From assembly GCF_006345805.1 (NCBI RefSeq), contig NC_043001.1, positions 46,500,001 to 46,564,000 of the forward strand: a stretch of DNA of 64,000 bases, read 5' to 3'. The notes beneath the pieces were generated by a model, which worked only from the letters and a program-made list of their open reading frames with translations, did not search any database and was not told the DNA's origin. Below, one piece after another: positions 26,610 to 41,149 of this stretch. The stretch is from Octopus sinensis. Its lineage: Eukaryota. Both the position numbers and the translations under genes were made by a program. The number at the start of each line of letters is the position of its first letter. Within the stretch, counting starts at the first letter, position 1.

Positions 26610-27020
26610 ATGTGTGACTGCACCAAGCAAAGGCGATGTCCGCTCGATTCTAAATGCAAACTAAAGCAATTATATAGATGTAAGGTACATCAGATGGGCA
26701 GGTATATTATTATATAGGAACAACAAAAAAAGTATATAAAAAGAAGGATTGCTAATCACAAAAAGACATTTAAGGATAGAAATAAGAAAACAGCACGTGG
26801 TTAAGTAAACTAATTTGGTCAATTAAAGATAAAAATTAGGACAATACACTAACCTGGGAAATAGTTAACCTGTCAAAACTTTACAGCAGAGGGAATAAAA
26901 GATGTGAACATGTATCGAAGAAATCTACCAGATTCTCGCATTAAAACTTATATTAATTAACCATAGGCGTGAAAGAGTAATGAGTTGTGTTCATCAAGCT
27001 AAACATGTATAATAGGTACA
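26610..27020 (+). mobile_element. Penelope-like element GIY-YIG endonuclease remnant
   Basis: CDCTKQRRCPLDSKC..LYRC..YIGTT..KRRIANHKKTFK..LSKLIWSIKDK..WEIV (frameshifted). Confidence 0.8.
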
Positions 27021-27750
27021 AATAAGTGCATAATAATTAATATTAAATAAAACTAGAGTATAGGGTTGGTTAGAAATGTAAACTAAAGTTAATTTAATAT
27101 ACCTGATAATAAATATTATTGAGCAAATATTGCTAACCAGTTAATTGGATATCCGTAAAATTAAATTAGATTATATGAACAGTAATTGAGAAATACCTAC
27201 TTATATTAATAATTAATATAATAATAATAATGATATAAATAATAGTGGTAAGAACAATAACTATAGGAGTGGTCATGGGCGTATTATGAATAGTAAAATC
27301 AAATGAACTAGGGACGGCAACGCTACAAATATCAATTACAGTAAATTGATCTTAAGAACTCAAAAGTGATGAATAGTAATATGACCTACATGTATGGCAG
27401 TTGATTCCTTCATTTGATCTGTAGGGTTAAAAAGTTAGTTTGAGCTATTTTTAGAACGATAGCACCATGCGGCTGAATAAACAAATAAATTAAAAAAACA
27501 AACAAACAAAATTTTCGGTTGGAAATTTTTTCCATTTTGAAGAAATCAAATTAGCGGACAAAATGTCCCGAGGAATTTTTAATGGATTGTAGCATCATAA
27601 TGCCCTTAAAGATGCGGAAACGTGACGTAGGCGAAAAAAAAAAGAACATAAATGACCGTTAATAAAAGATTGGATATTCATTATATTATCTGTTTTCCTT
27701 AAACTGAGTCATTATACACACACACACATACACACTCACACACACACATA

Positions 27751-27930
27751 TAGGGAGAATTCATAAAAAAACGAAAGACGAAGACAGGTGGTGTAGACAA
27801 CAAACAGATGTATTACTATAAATTCGGGAAGTGAAAAAGTCTTTAACGTTTCGAGCCTACGCACTTCCACAGAAAGGAACACAGAAAGAAACAAAGAGAG
27901 AAAATAAAGAATGTGTAGTGGCTAGCGATC
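27751..27930. mobile_element. Dispersed ~170-bp repeat, copy 3 of 4
   Basis: Same sequence as 741-918. Confidence 0.75.
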
Positions 27931-28554
27931 TATCATGGTGAATGCCGGACAGAAGGGTCACACAGGAGAGATAGGGAGAAGGGGAGATTATAAAGTAGTG
28001 GTGATCTCAAAACGACGGTGCGCGCGTGTGTGTATAAGAGAGTTTGTATGTGCGTGTAGATCTGGTGATCTTGACGTGTGCGTGGTGGTGTGTTGTGATG
28101 TGATGTGTTGTGTGGTATGGTGGTGTAAGTTGTGGCAGTGTGTGGTACATACATACATACATACATACATATACATATATATATATATATTGTCACCACC
28201 CACTCCATGACCAGTGCTGATTTGTTAACGTCTTCATAACTTAGCAGTTTTGGCAACACGATCGAAAGAATAGGTACCAGATTTTTAAAAAAACGAGCAC
28301 GTCCATTTGTATTTAGTCTACTAATCCTTTCAAGCTAGTGTCCAAGCATGACCACAGTGCAATGACTGAAGCAAGTTAAACTAGAACAATAATTGCAAGT
28401 GGTCGAGTCATCGTAAAATACACATTGCACAAATTCACTACATTAACATTTGTATTTAGTTTATAATAGTTTTATATAATATCTCGTCGTGAAACAATTC
28501 TATTAGTTGTTTTACCATCGTATTTTTTTCTATCTTCGGACCATATATATAGAT

Positions 28555-28945
28555 GCAGGGGTAGCTGCGTGATAAGAAGCTTTTTTTCCCAACTACATGA
28601 TTCCGGGTTCAGTCCCACTGCATGAGACTTTGAGCAAGTATCCTCTACTATAACCTCGAGCTGACCAAAGCCCTGTGCGTGGACTTGGTAGACGGAAACT
28701 AAAAGAAGACGGTCGTATGTGTGTGTATGTATGTGTTTGTGTGTGTGTCTTTGTGTCTGCGTTTGTACCGCCATCACTACTTGACTACCGTTGTTGGTGT
28801 GTTTACGTCCCCGTAGTTTAGTGGTTCGGCAAAAGAAACCGATAGAATAAATACTAGGCCTTATTAAAAAAATGTTCTGGACTCGATTTGCTTGACTAAA
28901 ACTCATCAAGGCGGTTCTCCAGCATGGCAGCAGTCGACCGAAACA
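28555..28945 (+). mobile_element. SINE family B, near full length
   Basis: GGGTTCAGTCCCACTGC head, internal (GT)n, CAAGGCGGTTCTCCAGCATGG tail. Confidence 0.85.
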
Positions 28946-29245
28946 GTTGCGTGTTCGTTTCTCTCTTATTTCCATCAGTGATTATATTTTTGATCTTCTA
29001 ATATAAATGAAGATATTTCCTCCGCCTGGCTGCTTTTCTTTCTACAAAACGAGAAATTATATTGCAGAACTGTTATTTTAACGAGTTGCATCTATTTATC
29101 AGCCAACGAGATACATCTGCACCGCCAGACGCTTTTGAACCAGTTGTTGAGTGCTCACCGATGTGGGATCGATACTAAATGTGTCGAAACGAAACAATTG
29201 TTGTGATTAATAAATTCTCGTATATTCCATCTTCCGTCTTTCATT

Positions 29246-29288
<43 letters not shown>

Positions 29289-29331
29289 GATAATTCTAAA
29301 TATATATGTGCCAATAGTTTCTTCTTTTCAG

Positions 29332-29565
29332 AAGAGTGCTATAATTTGTTGGACCTTACTCGACCATGTTCACGCTGGTGACCTGACTGTCCTGCTTCCG
29401 TTCTGCAAGCACATTTACAAATGCAACACTTGGCTGTTTTTCTCCTGGAGTCACTGGCTGAGTTGTGATTTCTCACTTTCAAATTCAGCGAGTCATTACA
29501 TATGTGTCACAGGGGACGCTGAAGCAGAACCAGCTTGCGAACTGCTTAATTTCTCCACGGTTAAT
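29332..29565 (+). CDS. Candidate internal exon (phase 0 to 0, 78 codons), unknown product
   Basis: Acceptor gtttcttcttttcag, donor AAT|gtaagt, open frame, raised GC. Confidence 0.4.
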
Positions 29566-30380
29566 GTAAGTTTAGGTGGTTGATTAATCCAGCTCTTAAG
29601 AAAAAAAATCGGCTACACACATTGCTGTTTAATTCCGGTTGGATTTCTGTGTGAGTGTGTGAGTGTGTAAGTGTGTATGAGAACTTCCCAAAAGTCCATT
29701 AAACTCCAACCAAGCATAAAATGAAAATGAGATAAGGAAAAATATTGAAAACATCTCAAAAGATATGGCAAGTACATAGCTGGAAATCATTGGAGAATTA
29801 TCGCACATTTCCTGTCTAATCATCCAGACAGCACTTAGGAAAATTACAGTGCGATAAGTCTAAATACAAGATGTGACATCAGGACCTTGTAGAAATGTAT
29901 GAAATTCGAGAGAGGAACAAATGAGGCTTAGAAAATTATTAGGTATGGAAACTTAACACGAGTTACGCATAAACTACTAATCTGCCATTATCAGCAGCCA
30001 TATCACCTTCATATCATGAGCCAAAGAAGGAACCTCTGCGTAATCGATTTACCTGGTAGCCATAGTAGTCTTATCTCCCTCAAATCACATCATTCATTCA
30101 TTAAAAACTGTAAAAACGCAAATACCCATTGGGAGCTTATTTAGATATTGATGTAGGAATTTGTGTTTTATACCCTTTCCATAAGAATTCAATTTCAGCA
30201 ATAATTTGATACACGGGAATTGCTATGTACCTTGTTTCTCCAAGGGTAATGAGTATCAAGTAGAAAGTCTTATTTTTGGGTAGTGGAATTACCAATTCCT
30301 CATTTATGATTCATAAATGTCTTTTTTTTTTTGGTGTATGTATTTGTATTTGTGTGTATGTATGCATGTATATATGTATA

Positions 30381-31205
30381 CTTGGTCTGATCAATAAGTA
30401 TCCGGACTGTTGCCATAGTAACAAAGCTAAAGCACGCAGAGTAAAGCCGCTTGGCACAGATTGACATTGTTCTCTGCTGCGTATGCGCACTAAGTTTTTA
30501 CGCTCTATCTCACTTCCGCTGTATACAGCAGCAGTGCTTGGAAGTAACGTGTGTGATATGTGATCGTCGCATTGACCATGACGGAGAAAGTTGAGTAGAG
30601 AATCTGCATCAAATTTTACCAAAAGCTTGGCGCTACCTGCTCAGAGGGCTACGCAAAGTTTTCAAAAAGTTGTTATCACTCTCGACACAATCAAAGAGAT
30701 ATTATGCAACTGAAAGCCGAGTGTCATTTTGATCAGTTGAAAGCAGTTTTGGCACAAACTTGGCAGACACGCATCTCATACTCAAATCTTCAATGATAAT
30801 GGACTGCACTGAACTGTAACTAATCTTCACATCCTCTGATAACTCACAGATGGTGATTCAACGATTATCCCTCACAACTGCACGTACATCTGCGATATTT
30901 TGCTCAGTTATGCTGACTGCGTGTCACCCAGAACTTTCGTCACTATCGACATTTTTTCGGCCATCTTGGAAACATCTGAACCACTCATACACTTGTTTGT
31001 GGCTCGTGCATTCCTCTCCATACACTTTCTGCAACTTTGCATAGGCCTCTGAGCAGGTATCGCTATGACAAGTTTTTTTCTGTCACGGTCAATGCGACGA
31101 TCACACGTTACTTTCAAGCACTGCTGTAAGCTGGGAAGGGTTTACTCTGAGCGCTTTAGCTTCGTTACTATGGCAACAGTCCGGATACTTATTGATCAAA
31201 CCTCG
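30381..31205. mobile_element. Mariner-derived non-autonomous element made of two inverted 5' ends
   Basis: Both ends read TGATCAATAAGTATCCGGACTGTTGCCATAGTAAC. Transposase N-terminus MTEKVE*RICIKF on +, and YEWFRCFQDGR..VSAKFVPKLL on - (30660-31060). Confidence 0.85.
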
Positions 31206-31514
31206 AATATGTACGCATGTATGTATGTGAGTTTACATATGTATAAGATATATATATATATATATATATTATATATAATATATATATATATATAGATAGA
31301 TACATATACACAGACACAGACACACAGACACACACACGCATCCATATATACATAAGAATATTTGCATGCTTATTTATTTGAGCCAAACAAGGAAGACCAG
31401 TGCTTGTGAATGTATTGATTGATACTCATGCATCGGTTGGGTCACCACAACTGAGGTTCAATTTCAACTTCTGTAGGTCGACGCCAGCAAAAAATGGTAT
31501 TTAAGGATAATTCG

Positions 31515-31680
31515 TAGTTGTATGGTAGGAAGTTTTTTTCCCAACAATATGGTTCCGGTTTCAGTCCCACTGCAGCTTGAGCAAGTGTCTTCTACATTAG
31601 ACTCAGACCGACTAATGCCTTGTAAGCGAATTTGGTGGAGGGAAACTGAAACCCGTCGTATATGAGTGCGAGTCTCTTTG
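31515..31680 (+). mobile_element. SINE family B, 5' half
   Basis: GGTTTCAGTCCCACTGCAGCTTGAGCAAGTGTCTTC. Confidence 0.7.
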
Positions 31681-32864
31681 TGTGTGTGTGTGTGCGTGTG
31701 TGTGTGCGCACGCGCGTGCACATGCGTGTGTTATACGAGGTCGTTCATAATGCTACAGACAACATGTAATTTAGTACAACTTGTTACGTGTTCGGTCGTC
31801 AGCGACTAATTCGGCATGTCCACTGGGTTTACCTAGTGAGAAACGTTGCTGGAGATCTAGCAGAACAAGGAAAATAAAACATAGCCCTAAAACGTGAGAT
31901 GAATCCGACATATTCATATTCAAACACCTCTCGATAATTCTCGAGGGCGGGGTAAAGGAATGTGGTGTACGGTTACTTTAGGCCTGACGGAAAATGGGAA
32001 AAGATGGTTGATGTGTCATTCTGTGGTTACTCATATGTTATTCTGAGTATTCCAGTTTGCTTTTCTGATCTGATAAGATGTATATTTGGTATTATAATGC
32101 AAACTTTGATATTTGTTCAAGATGACTCTGCTCTGAGTTCAAATCCCATCGGTGTCAACTTTGACTTTCACACCTTCAGAATCGATAAGTAATGTGCTAG
32201 TCTAATGCTGGTGTAGCTCTTATCTCTCTCTCTCTCTCCCTCTCTCCCCTCTCCCCTCTCTCTTGTCATATCTTGGATGTTCATGTGGGAGCTGTGTAAG
32301 AAGGCCGAAAGGGTGTCTGCACATTATTCGATGGGCAGCTAAAATAATTAATAAAAGCTTGGTATCATCCTACATTATCTGTGTGAGCAGAGAGAGATAG
32401 AGACAGAGAGAGACGGAGACAGAGACAGAGAGAAAGAGCGAGAGAAAGAAGGAGAAAGTGAGAGAGAGAGAGAGGGAGAGAGAGAGAGTGGGAGGGGGAG
32501 CGAGTGTGCACTCCTTCCTTTCAAGATATCCTAGTTGGATTATACTTCAACATAATGTATATCTAGACACAAAGAGTACTGGCGAATATTCCTTGTTAAA
32601 ATGTCAGTAAGGCTGCAAATATAATAGACCGGACATTGTCGTCTTGGACTGACATATTTGAAAACAAAAACAAAAAAAAAAAACAAACAAAAATAAAGCA
32701 TTATTGTCGTAAAGATTAGTTGATTTGTAACGTTGACTTACGACTTCATTTCATCTCAACTATTGAAGATATTGAAAATAATATTATAACTATAGTCACG
32801 TTTAAATATTATAAACTGCTGCTAAAATCTATCAACTGCCGCGTCTATCAGCAATTGCAAGATT

Positions 32865-33224
32865 ATTATTACCTCCGCCTTAGTGAAGGCGGAGGTATTG
32901 TTTTCAGTCGTGTTTGTTTGTTTGTCCATGCACAAGATATCTCAAGAACGGATTCGGATGAAACTTCGGGGATGTTTAGCCTCATAACTGGCACGAACTG
33001 ATTAGATTTTGGGATCGATCGGTACAAGGATTCTGGATTATTTTTCTGTTTTATTGTATTTTTTTTTACTTAGTTTTTGAGAGAGATCATTTTTAGTATT
33101 CTCGTTTGTGAGAGCAGTCGAGTTAATTTCAGATATTCTCATATTAAAAATCATCTCCGGCTAATCGTTGAGAGGACGTTGGCGTTACCATGGTGGAGGT
33201 TTGCGCTCTCTGAGTGCTCTTGTT
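32865..33224 (+). mobile_element. Helentron-associated non-autonomous element (HINE/DINE-1-like)
   Basis: 5' hairpin ACCTCCGCC-ttagtgaa-GGCGGAGGT, (GTTT)n, 3' subterminal inverted repeat GGTGGAGGT, 3' hairpin GCGCTC-tct-GAGTGC, T-rich ends. Confidence 0.8.
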
Positions 33225-33309
33225 TACTAATCTATTTGATTTGAATACCATCAGCAATAAACTAATTTCTGTCAGTTTCTATTAAAGTATCTTTTATATT
33301 TTATCTCTG

Positions 33310-33730
33310 AGTTTTTTCAGTCATTTTGACTGCGGCCCTACCGGGACACCGCCTTAAAGGGCTTTAGTCGACAAATAGACCCCCTAGGACTTTTTTCTTT
33401 CCGCTTAGTAGTTATTCTATCGGTCTGTTATGCCCGAGCTGCTGGACGTAAACACTCATTGTCAAGCGGTCGTCGGGGACAAACACAGACACAAAGAGAC
33501 ACATAAACTTACACACACACACACGATATAATTTTCACTGGATCTACGTCAGGAAATCCGCAGTGTTTATATTTATACGACGGACTTCATTCAGTTTCCA
33601 TCTACCAAATCCACTCACAAGGCTTTCGTTAGACCGATGCTATAGTAGAAGACACTTGCCCAAGGTGCCACGCAGTGGTCTGGACCCGAAACCATGTGGT
33701 TGGGAAGCAAACTTCTTACCACACAGCCAC
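33310..33730 (-). mobile_element. SINE family B
   Basis: Reverse complement of the family B consensus seen elsewhere in the window. Confidence 0.85.
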
Positions 33731-34666
33731 TATTTTCTTCCCCCTTTTTTTGGTCTAAGAGGAACCATACTTCAAATACAACTTGTATAACACATTTTCT
33801 ACACACGAGTTTCAATATGATAATTCAGGCACGAATATTCATTTGTACGACTGTCTTGCTCTTTCGTATTCACGCTTACTGTTGCTTTATATTTCTTTGA
33901 ACTCTATATCCCTTTCAGTAATAATTATATCACCAGTTAGACCAAAAAGAAGGGTCAATACACAGCAGGTGCAAAATGTGAAAAATAAAAGAACTAAACA
34001 CTTGTACATGTATAAGTACAATCACTGCATTTCTTGTCCACTCTATTCAGCTATTCAATATTTATTTTCTGAATATATTTGTTTATATATCTGCAGAACA
34101 GCTTTTTCTTCCAAATATATAACATTCAAGGCATGACTGTGTTCTAATTAAATCTTTTTCATATTTAGTTTTAAATAATAACATTCTTTAAGTCCATTCA
34201 TATTTCGAGACTTTCTCGGCGCCATTTTGTGAATAAGAAAACGGTATGGCGTGTTGTTGCGGCTGTTTGTTGTAGGCAGCAAGGGATCATGGGAATAATG
34301 TCGTAATACGGATATAGTGTCTCTACGTATAACTTCTATGCACAGGAGAATGTTCAAGCTTCAGAGCAACATTCATTGTTAAATCTGAAGGGAACTACAA
34401 GGATATTAGTGGTTGGAATAAATATTTCGCAGATATAACGAGAATATAGTTTCCTGTAAAAGTTTTGCATGATGGAAGAGATTTCAAAATTTAGAGGGAT
34501 TATATATAAATGTATCAGAATAGCTTAATTACCAATGACTGACACGTGGAAAAGAATTTAAGTTACATATATTATAACCATACTTGTTTTATCGTTTGAT
34601 GTTTCTAGCGAAAATGTGTACGTAAAATCACACACGCACGCACACACACATACACACGCACGCACG

Positions 34667-34715
<49 letters not shown>

Positions 34716-35089
34716 CGTCTTCGTCATCGGGTGATATCGTGTCAGATGTGGCATGCAGACCACCATATAATTTGTTTGGCATTGCGCTTTTATTCTTCTC
34801 TTCCGTTTTATTTTGACATTCACATTGTCTTTTTATTCTTCTCTTCCGTTTTACGAATTCAGTGAGCACATGCGCAATGTGTGTTCATACTTCTTTTTCC
34901 GGTTCCCACCCAAAACTGTTTACAGATCCCAGCCATCTCAGTAACCTGCGTTCGTGAGGAGCACTTCGCGCTCCGATGGTTGTGATGAAAAGCTGGAATC
35001 TTCTGAGACCAGACAACTATTCAATGAGACTCAAATACTAACTCTCTGTATAAACTCTACTTCAAAGTCCTCAACCAGCAGACTCAAAC

Positions 35090-35400
35090 ATTAACAAACT
35101 TAGAAACGGGTTATGATATTTTCGGTGACAACAAATATTTCGAAAATATTAGGAGAACATTTCTTTATGTAAGAGTTTGGCAAAGAACTCAATAAATTAT
35201 AAATAATGCAAATATCAGAGCGATAATTTATCGATATATAAAAATAACTTAAACGTAATGAGATGTGGGCAAGTTTGGGGGATGAAGGTTGACCTTCTAA
35301 ATTATACAGAGATGTTCTGTATGTGTCTTCCTGGGTATGATTCCTTGGTTCTAGCGCAAATTGCAATTACTAGTATCCTCTATCACCACAATTACTAATA
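35090..35400 (+). mobile_element. Possible old Penelope-like ORF fragment
   Basis: RKRVMIF..VTTNISKIL..HF resembles the RT-to-GIY-YIG linker; many stops. Confidence 0.3.
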
Positions 35401-35711
35401 GAACAACTAAAACAACTGGCAATATTAGCAACACCGCCAACAAAATGCAACCGTTACTACTACCACCACCACCACCACCACCAAAACCACCACCACCACC
35501 ACCAAAAACCACCACCACCACCACAAACAACAACAACAACAACAACAACAACGCTAACAACAACAACAACAATAACGTTATTACAACTCCATCACCTTCA
35601 GATAACCTCAGAAACCAGCATCAAGCACTAACCACCAATCGTCATTTGTTACTAGGCAGCAGCAAACTCTCCAAACAGATTTGGGAATTGTTTCCAAATG
35701 ACAGCTAGAAA

Positions 35712-35758
<47 letters not shown>

Positions 35759-35796
35759 AAATTGAGTGAATGAATAAATGAAAAAGTAGAATACTG

Positions 35797-35888
<92 letters not shown>

Positions 35889-36584
35889 GAAGAAAGCGAA
35901 TGAAAGAATAGTAGAATGAAAAAAAAAACGAAAAAAAAGGAAAAAACAAAAGGAATGCGCGTGTGAGAGAGACAGACACAGAAATATTAGTTTTAACAAA
36001 ATAATTGATCATTATTCATTTGTCATTCATCGATAACTCGAGTGCTCTATGTGAACATAAGAATAAACATCTATGTCCGTTTCGATTATGAGTACATCAG
36101 CTATCCAATCAACTAAGCGAACTATTCTTTACATTATTGCGTAAGTGGCTGAGAATTCCGCAAATACTCGTACCCTTAACGTAATCTTCAAGTAGAATGA
36201 GCATTGCGCAATATGTGATAAGGCGGGACATTTGAACTACGGGTATATTCCATCCGGTAGATTTCCGAACAGGTTGTACCTAACCAGTTTCATAACATTT
36301 GGTTCAGAGAAACTATGAAATCAGTTAGGTGCCGGAGCGGACTCGGGCCGTCAGTAATGAGAACCAAACTTTCTTAACCACTTGGTCATGTTTGTGTTTG
36401 TGTGTATGAGTGTGTGTTGTGTGTGTGTGTGTATGTACATACTTTCATACATATACATGTTTGTGAATGTGTGTGTGTATGTGTGTGTAAGTATGTATGA
36501 GCCTGATGAATGCTTGGAAACGCAAGGCGTGTTATAAAAACCTGACTAGATACGTGCCTTCACAGAGTATATATATATATATAT

Positions 36585-36617
<33 letters not shown>

Positions 36618-36647
36618 CACATGCATGTACTTGCTTGTTTGTGTGTG

Positions 36648-36880
36648 TGAAGGCGCGTGGCTTAGTGGTTAGGGTGTTGCACTCATGATCATAGAATTGG
36701 GGTTTCGATCCCTGGACTTAGCGATGTGTTGTGTGCTTGAGTAAAGTACTTCATTTCCCGTTGCCCAGTAATTCATTCAGCTGACAAAAAGAGTAATCCT
36801 GCGACGGACCAGTATCCCATCTATGGTGGAAAGGGGAACATATACACCACAGAACCAGGAAAATCGGCCCTATAGCTCGG
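36648..36880 (+). mobile_element. tRNA-derived CORE-like SINE (family D)
   Basis: A-box TGGCTTAGTGG, B-box-like GGTTTCGATCCC, core-like TGTGCTTGAGTAAAGTACTT. Confidence 0.75.
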
Positions 36881-37393
36881 GGAGGACTATTGATCTTTTT
36901 TTAATACACAGACACCACACGTGTGTCTGTGTGTGTGTGTTGGATCTCTGTCATTCGAAGATGAGGATTCCGTTGTTCAGTCAACTAAATATTCAGCACA
37001 GCGAATTAATATGTAAGTGGCTGAATATTCCACAGACATATGGATACTCAACTTAATTCTTAAGCATAATCAGCGTGGGACAAGGCTGAGCCTTTCGAAT
37101 TGTACCGGTACAATACACCTGACTCGTAAAGTATGAATTGAGAAATCGAATTTATAAATGGAACCACGCAGTCACCTCAAGGTTGTGAAGAAAACCTATT
37201 AACCACTCAGCTACATTGCCCATGCTGTATGTATATGTATGAGTTTATATACATGATGGATTCGTTCGTCATGAACGACAAATGAGGGCTCATTAAAATA
37301 AAGCAGTAACTATGTTCTATGGACAACATTAATGTGTCTCTTGAGGCCTGCTAGTGACTTGTAAACATTTCGGCAAAGGAAACAAAGTTGAGG

Positions 37394-37433
<40 letters not shown>

Positions 37434-37442
37434 TATATATAT

Positions 37443-37612
37443 AGGGAGAATTCACGAAAAAAAAGACGAAGACAGGCGGTGTAGAAAACAAACAGATGTA
37501 TTAGTATAACGCTCGGGAATTGAAAAAGCCTTTAACGTTTCGAGCCTAGGCTTTTCCACAGAAAGGAACACAGAAAGAAACAAGGAGAGTAAAAAATGTG
37601 TGTAGTGGCTAC
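37443..37612. mobile_element. Dispersed ~170-bp repeat, copy 4 of 4
   Basis: Same sequence as 741-918, after (TA)n. Confidence 0.75.
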
Positions 37613-37632
37613 CATATATATATATAATATAT

Positions 37633-37663
<31 letters not shown>

Positions 37664-37734
37664 TTCATAATATTTAATATATATATATATATATATATTT
37701 TACAGTATTTTTCATAGTATTTTCCCGATGGCCG

Positions 37735-37795
37735 AATAACTGAAGAGATAGTGGTGTTGATTTCCACCCCGGCATCCGAAACTCGGAGTTTTATT
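37735..37795 (+). ncRNA. Type I hammerhead motif with canonical core
   Basis: AAUAA-CUGAAGA-GAU..AUC-C-GAAA-CUCGGAG-UU-UUAUU: 5-bp helix I, GUU triplet; helix II partly eroded. Confidence 0.6.
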
Positions 37796-37948
37796 ATGGT
37801 ACCGAATAATTGTCACATATTACATTTACAGATATATATATATATTTATACATGGAGTTTAATCAATATCAACCACCGAGTGGGACGCCTCTGTAGAGTA
37901 CCAAACAACCCCTCCTCTCCTTCTAGATTATGGGTGTAGTCCTGTCAA

Positions 37949-38230
37949 AGTTTAAGTTTCAGGGACCCACAACTTTTCAATACTTTGCCAAACAACCTCA
38001 GAAATATGTGAAATGTAGATGTGGATGTTTTTAAAGAAAATTTGGACAAATTTTTACCTGCAATACCGGATGATCCTACAACGTTGCAGGAAACACAATG
38101 AAGACCAGCTCTGTGCAATTTAGGGCTAGGGTTCACCAGAAACAGTTCCAGAGAGAAAACTGGTAAATGAATGGGGAATAAAGACCAATCACTCTAAAAG
38201 CAGTGCCTCACCATGGCCACAGCTATTGAT
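37949..38230 (+). mobile_element. 3' end of a CR1/L2-type LINE
   Basis: SLSFRDPQLFNTLPNNLRNM*NVDVDVFKENLDKFLPAIPDDP. Confidence 0.75.
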
Positions 38231-38903
38231 TTTAACCAGTTAAATGTAAGTAGAAAAAAGTCAGACGATGAGTTAGCTGACTGAAACGTCGAAGTTACTG
38301 TCATCATTCTTGCTTACGAATAACAAATTTGTACTCTACAAAAGTACAGAGTAACCCATCAGATTAATTGTAAAATGTTATAACTGAAAAATACAATGTA
38401 TATAAATATATACACACACACACGCGCCCATTACCCCGCCATGTGCTTACATATATATAATATATATATATATATATAATATATATTATATATATATATA
38501 TAATATATATTGATAACAAAATAATAAATAAAACATATGCATATATACATACATATATGTACGTACTTACATCTATATGTATATATACATGCATATATGG
38601 GCACAGGACACCAAGTAAAACGTCGAACACAATGAGAAACGAAAACATAAAAACAAAACCATGGAAACAGTCAATTTTTTTAAACAACGAGAAAACAAGA
38701 CATACAACACAAGGAAATATATATGTATATATATATATTTAAATAATGAGGGAGATAAATTGAATATTAATTTAATTAATATCAATTTAAAACCAAGAGC
38801 CAAGCGTATAAAAAATCTGAAAAATCAGAAACAAAATTTCAATACATATGTATATTTAGGGAAACCACTAGGTGGATAACCATAAGCTATATATTATTAT
38901 ATA

Positions 38904-38996
<93 letters not shown>

Positions 38997-39094
38997 CATA
39001 ATATATATATATATATACATACATACATACATATTGAATTCTATTTTCGCGCGGTCACTCTATTCTATATACATTTAACCGGACGCGTTCTTCC

Positions 39095-39484
39095 GTGTAT
39101 GTCTACCGTTTTGATTGGCTAGTTGCTCAGCATTATTTTGTGAGGCTGGTGCTTGTTGATTATTTTCGTGTTGTCACTTTGATATATATATAAAAGCCAG
39201 CTTGAAATATCGAAAAAACCCAGGCCCTTGGTGATGGCACTGGCTTTCAACTCGGGTCACGAGAAAATGAATTAAATATAAATAAACTGTATGTATGTAT
39301 GTATGTATGTATGTATGTATGTATGTATGTATGTATGTATATATGCATGTATGTATGTATGTATGTATGTATGTATGTATGTATGTATGTATGTTTAAAT
39401 GAAGAGAGAGTAAAATAGATAGACGGATAGACAGATATACATACGTATATATATATACATCTAATTAGGTGTGTGTGTATATAC

Positions 39485-39487
<3 letters not shown>
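39095..39487. repeat. Inverted copy of 42001-42378
   Basis: Near-identical reverse complement, including unique flanks of the (TACA)n tract. Confidence 0.9.
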
Positions 39488-39515
<28 letters not shown>

Positions 39516-39990
39516 CATGTGCGAGTATATAGTTACAAATACACATGCACTAAGACATATATGCATACATACATATACATACACAGGCACACACATACAG
39601 ACACACAAAAACACACACAAACTCAGACAGAGATGTACGCAAACACATGCGTGTGTACGTAGTACATAACTGTGTTGCGTATGTGTGTGTGTGTGTGTGC
39701 GTGCGTGCGTGTATGATTGTGGACATATCACTTAGAAGTCATTTCTTTTCTCTTGCCCAAATTGAAATTATGTCTTTATACTTTGTTGTCAATTTTCTCC
39801 CTTGTCACGTCACAAACCTACAAACAACCCAGACAGCGATACACATGTATAGACATATATATATACATGCACACATATACACACAAGACGTTTTTTTCAT
39901 GGGGATCTCAACACACACACACACACACACATTGAGAAATTGTTCATTTCATCATGGCTGCCAACAGCCTCTTTTATCCACCGCAGCATA

Positions 39991-40030
<40 letters not shown>

Positions 40031-40787
40031 ATATATATATATGCACACATACACACACACACATATATATATATACACACACAAATGCGTATATATATAT
40101 TTATATATATATATATGTGTGTGTGTGTGTATGTATACACACACACATTTGTATGTATGTACGTTTGTGTATGCATCTATATATATATATTATATATATA
40201 TATATATATAATATATGTGTGTGTGTGTGTGGTGTGTGTGTGTGTGTAGCACGCTTGTATGTATGTATCTGTGAGGGGAGAGGAAGAGGGAGAAAGTAAC
40301 CGAGAGAGAGAGAGAGAGGAGGAGTGAGAGTGTGTGTGTGAGAGAGAGAGAGGGATGGTAAAAGCCCTTCGTCAAAGCAATCGCACTCTGACCCTCTGAC
40401 CTCGTTTCACTGTGGCCAATGAAAATTTTCTTCCTAACTTTCTCGTACATCCTGTCCACAATTAAATGCTTCGTACAAACACGCAGACACTTAGAGAGAC
40501 ACAGACATTACCTCACAAGCACACCTGTACGTGTATACACTCCAAAAAGAACACACACACACACAGAGTTACCACTCCAAAGTATGGTATGCGTATATAT
40601 ACAATCACAGATAGAAGCACATACACGTACATACCTCGGTAGTTACGCATGCTCATTCATTTAACATTATATCAACAAACACAGGCAGGAAATTCACATG
40701 CATTCGCTTAGATCTAGTCAAACGTTTAGATTCATACATACATACATACATACATACATACATACATACATACATACATACATACAT

Positions 40788-41104
40788 ACAATACACACAC
40801 ACATGCAAATACATATATCAATACATACACACACATTCACAAACATGTCCATAACGTCAAAGGCTACAATGAGTGAGGGGCGTCACTGTGCGGTTCCTCT
40901 TCCTACGACAAATGGCAACTAAATCTCCCCTGAAATCACAGGCCAAACATCTTTAACAAGGGATGTCTTTAAAAAAGACGGGATGGCCAATGGTGGAATG
41001 CCTTTGATTACGTGCCTGCTGAAATGAGAGTTGAACTTGAGTCTAACCGACTTCTTGATCATCATCATCACTAAAAAGAACAACAAAAACTACTTCTACG
41101 ACTG

Positions 41105-41149
<45 letters not shown>

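Noticed and set aside
30199-32606. Short candidate exons 30199-30245 and 32526-32606
   Set aside because: Phases do not chain with neighbouring candidates; exons this short arise often by chance
36499-36530. CTGATGAATGCTTGGAAAC as a hammerhead
   Set aside because: No consistent helix II, helix III or NUH site
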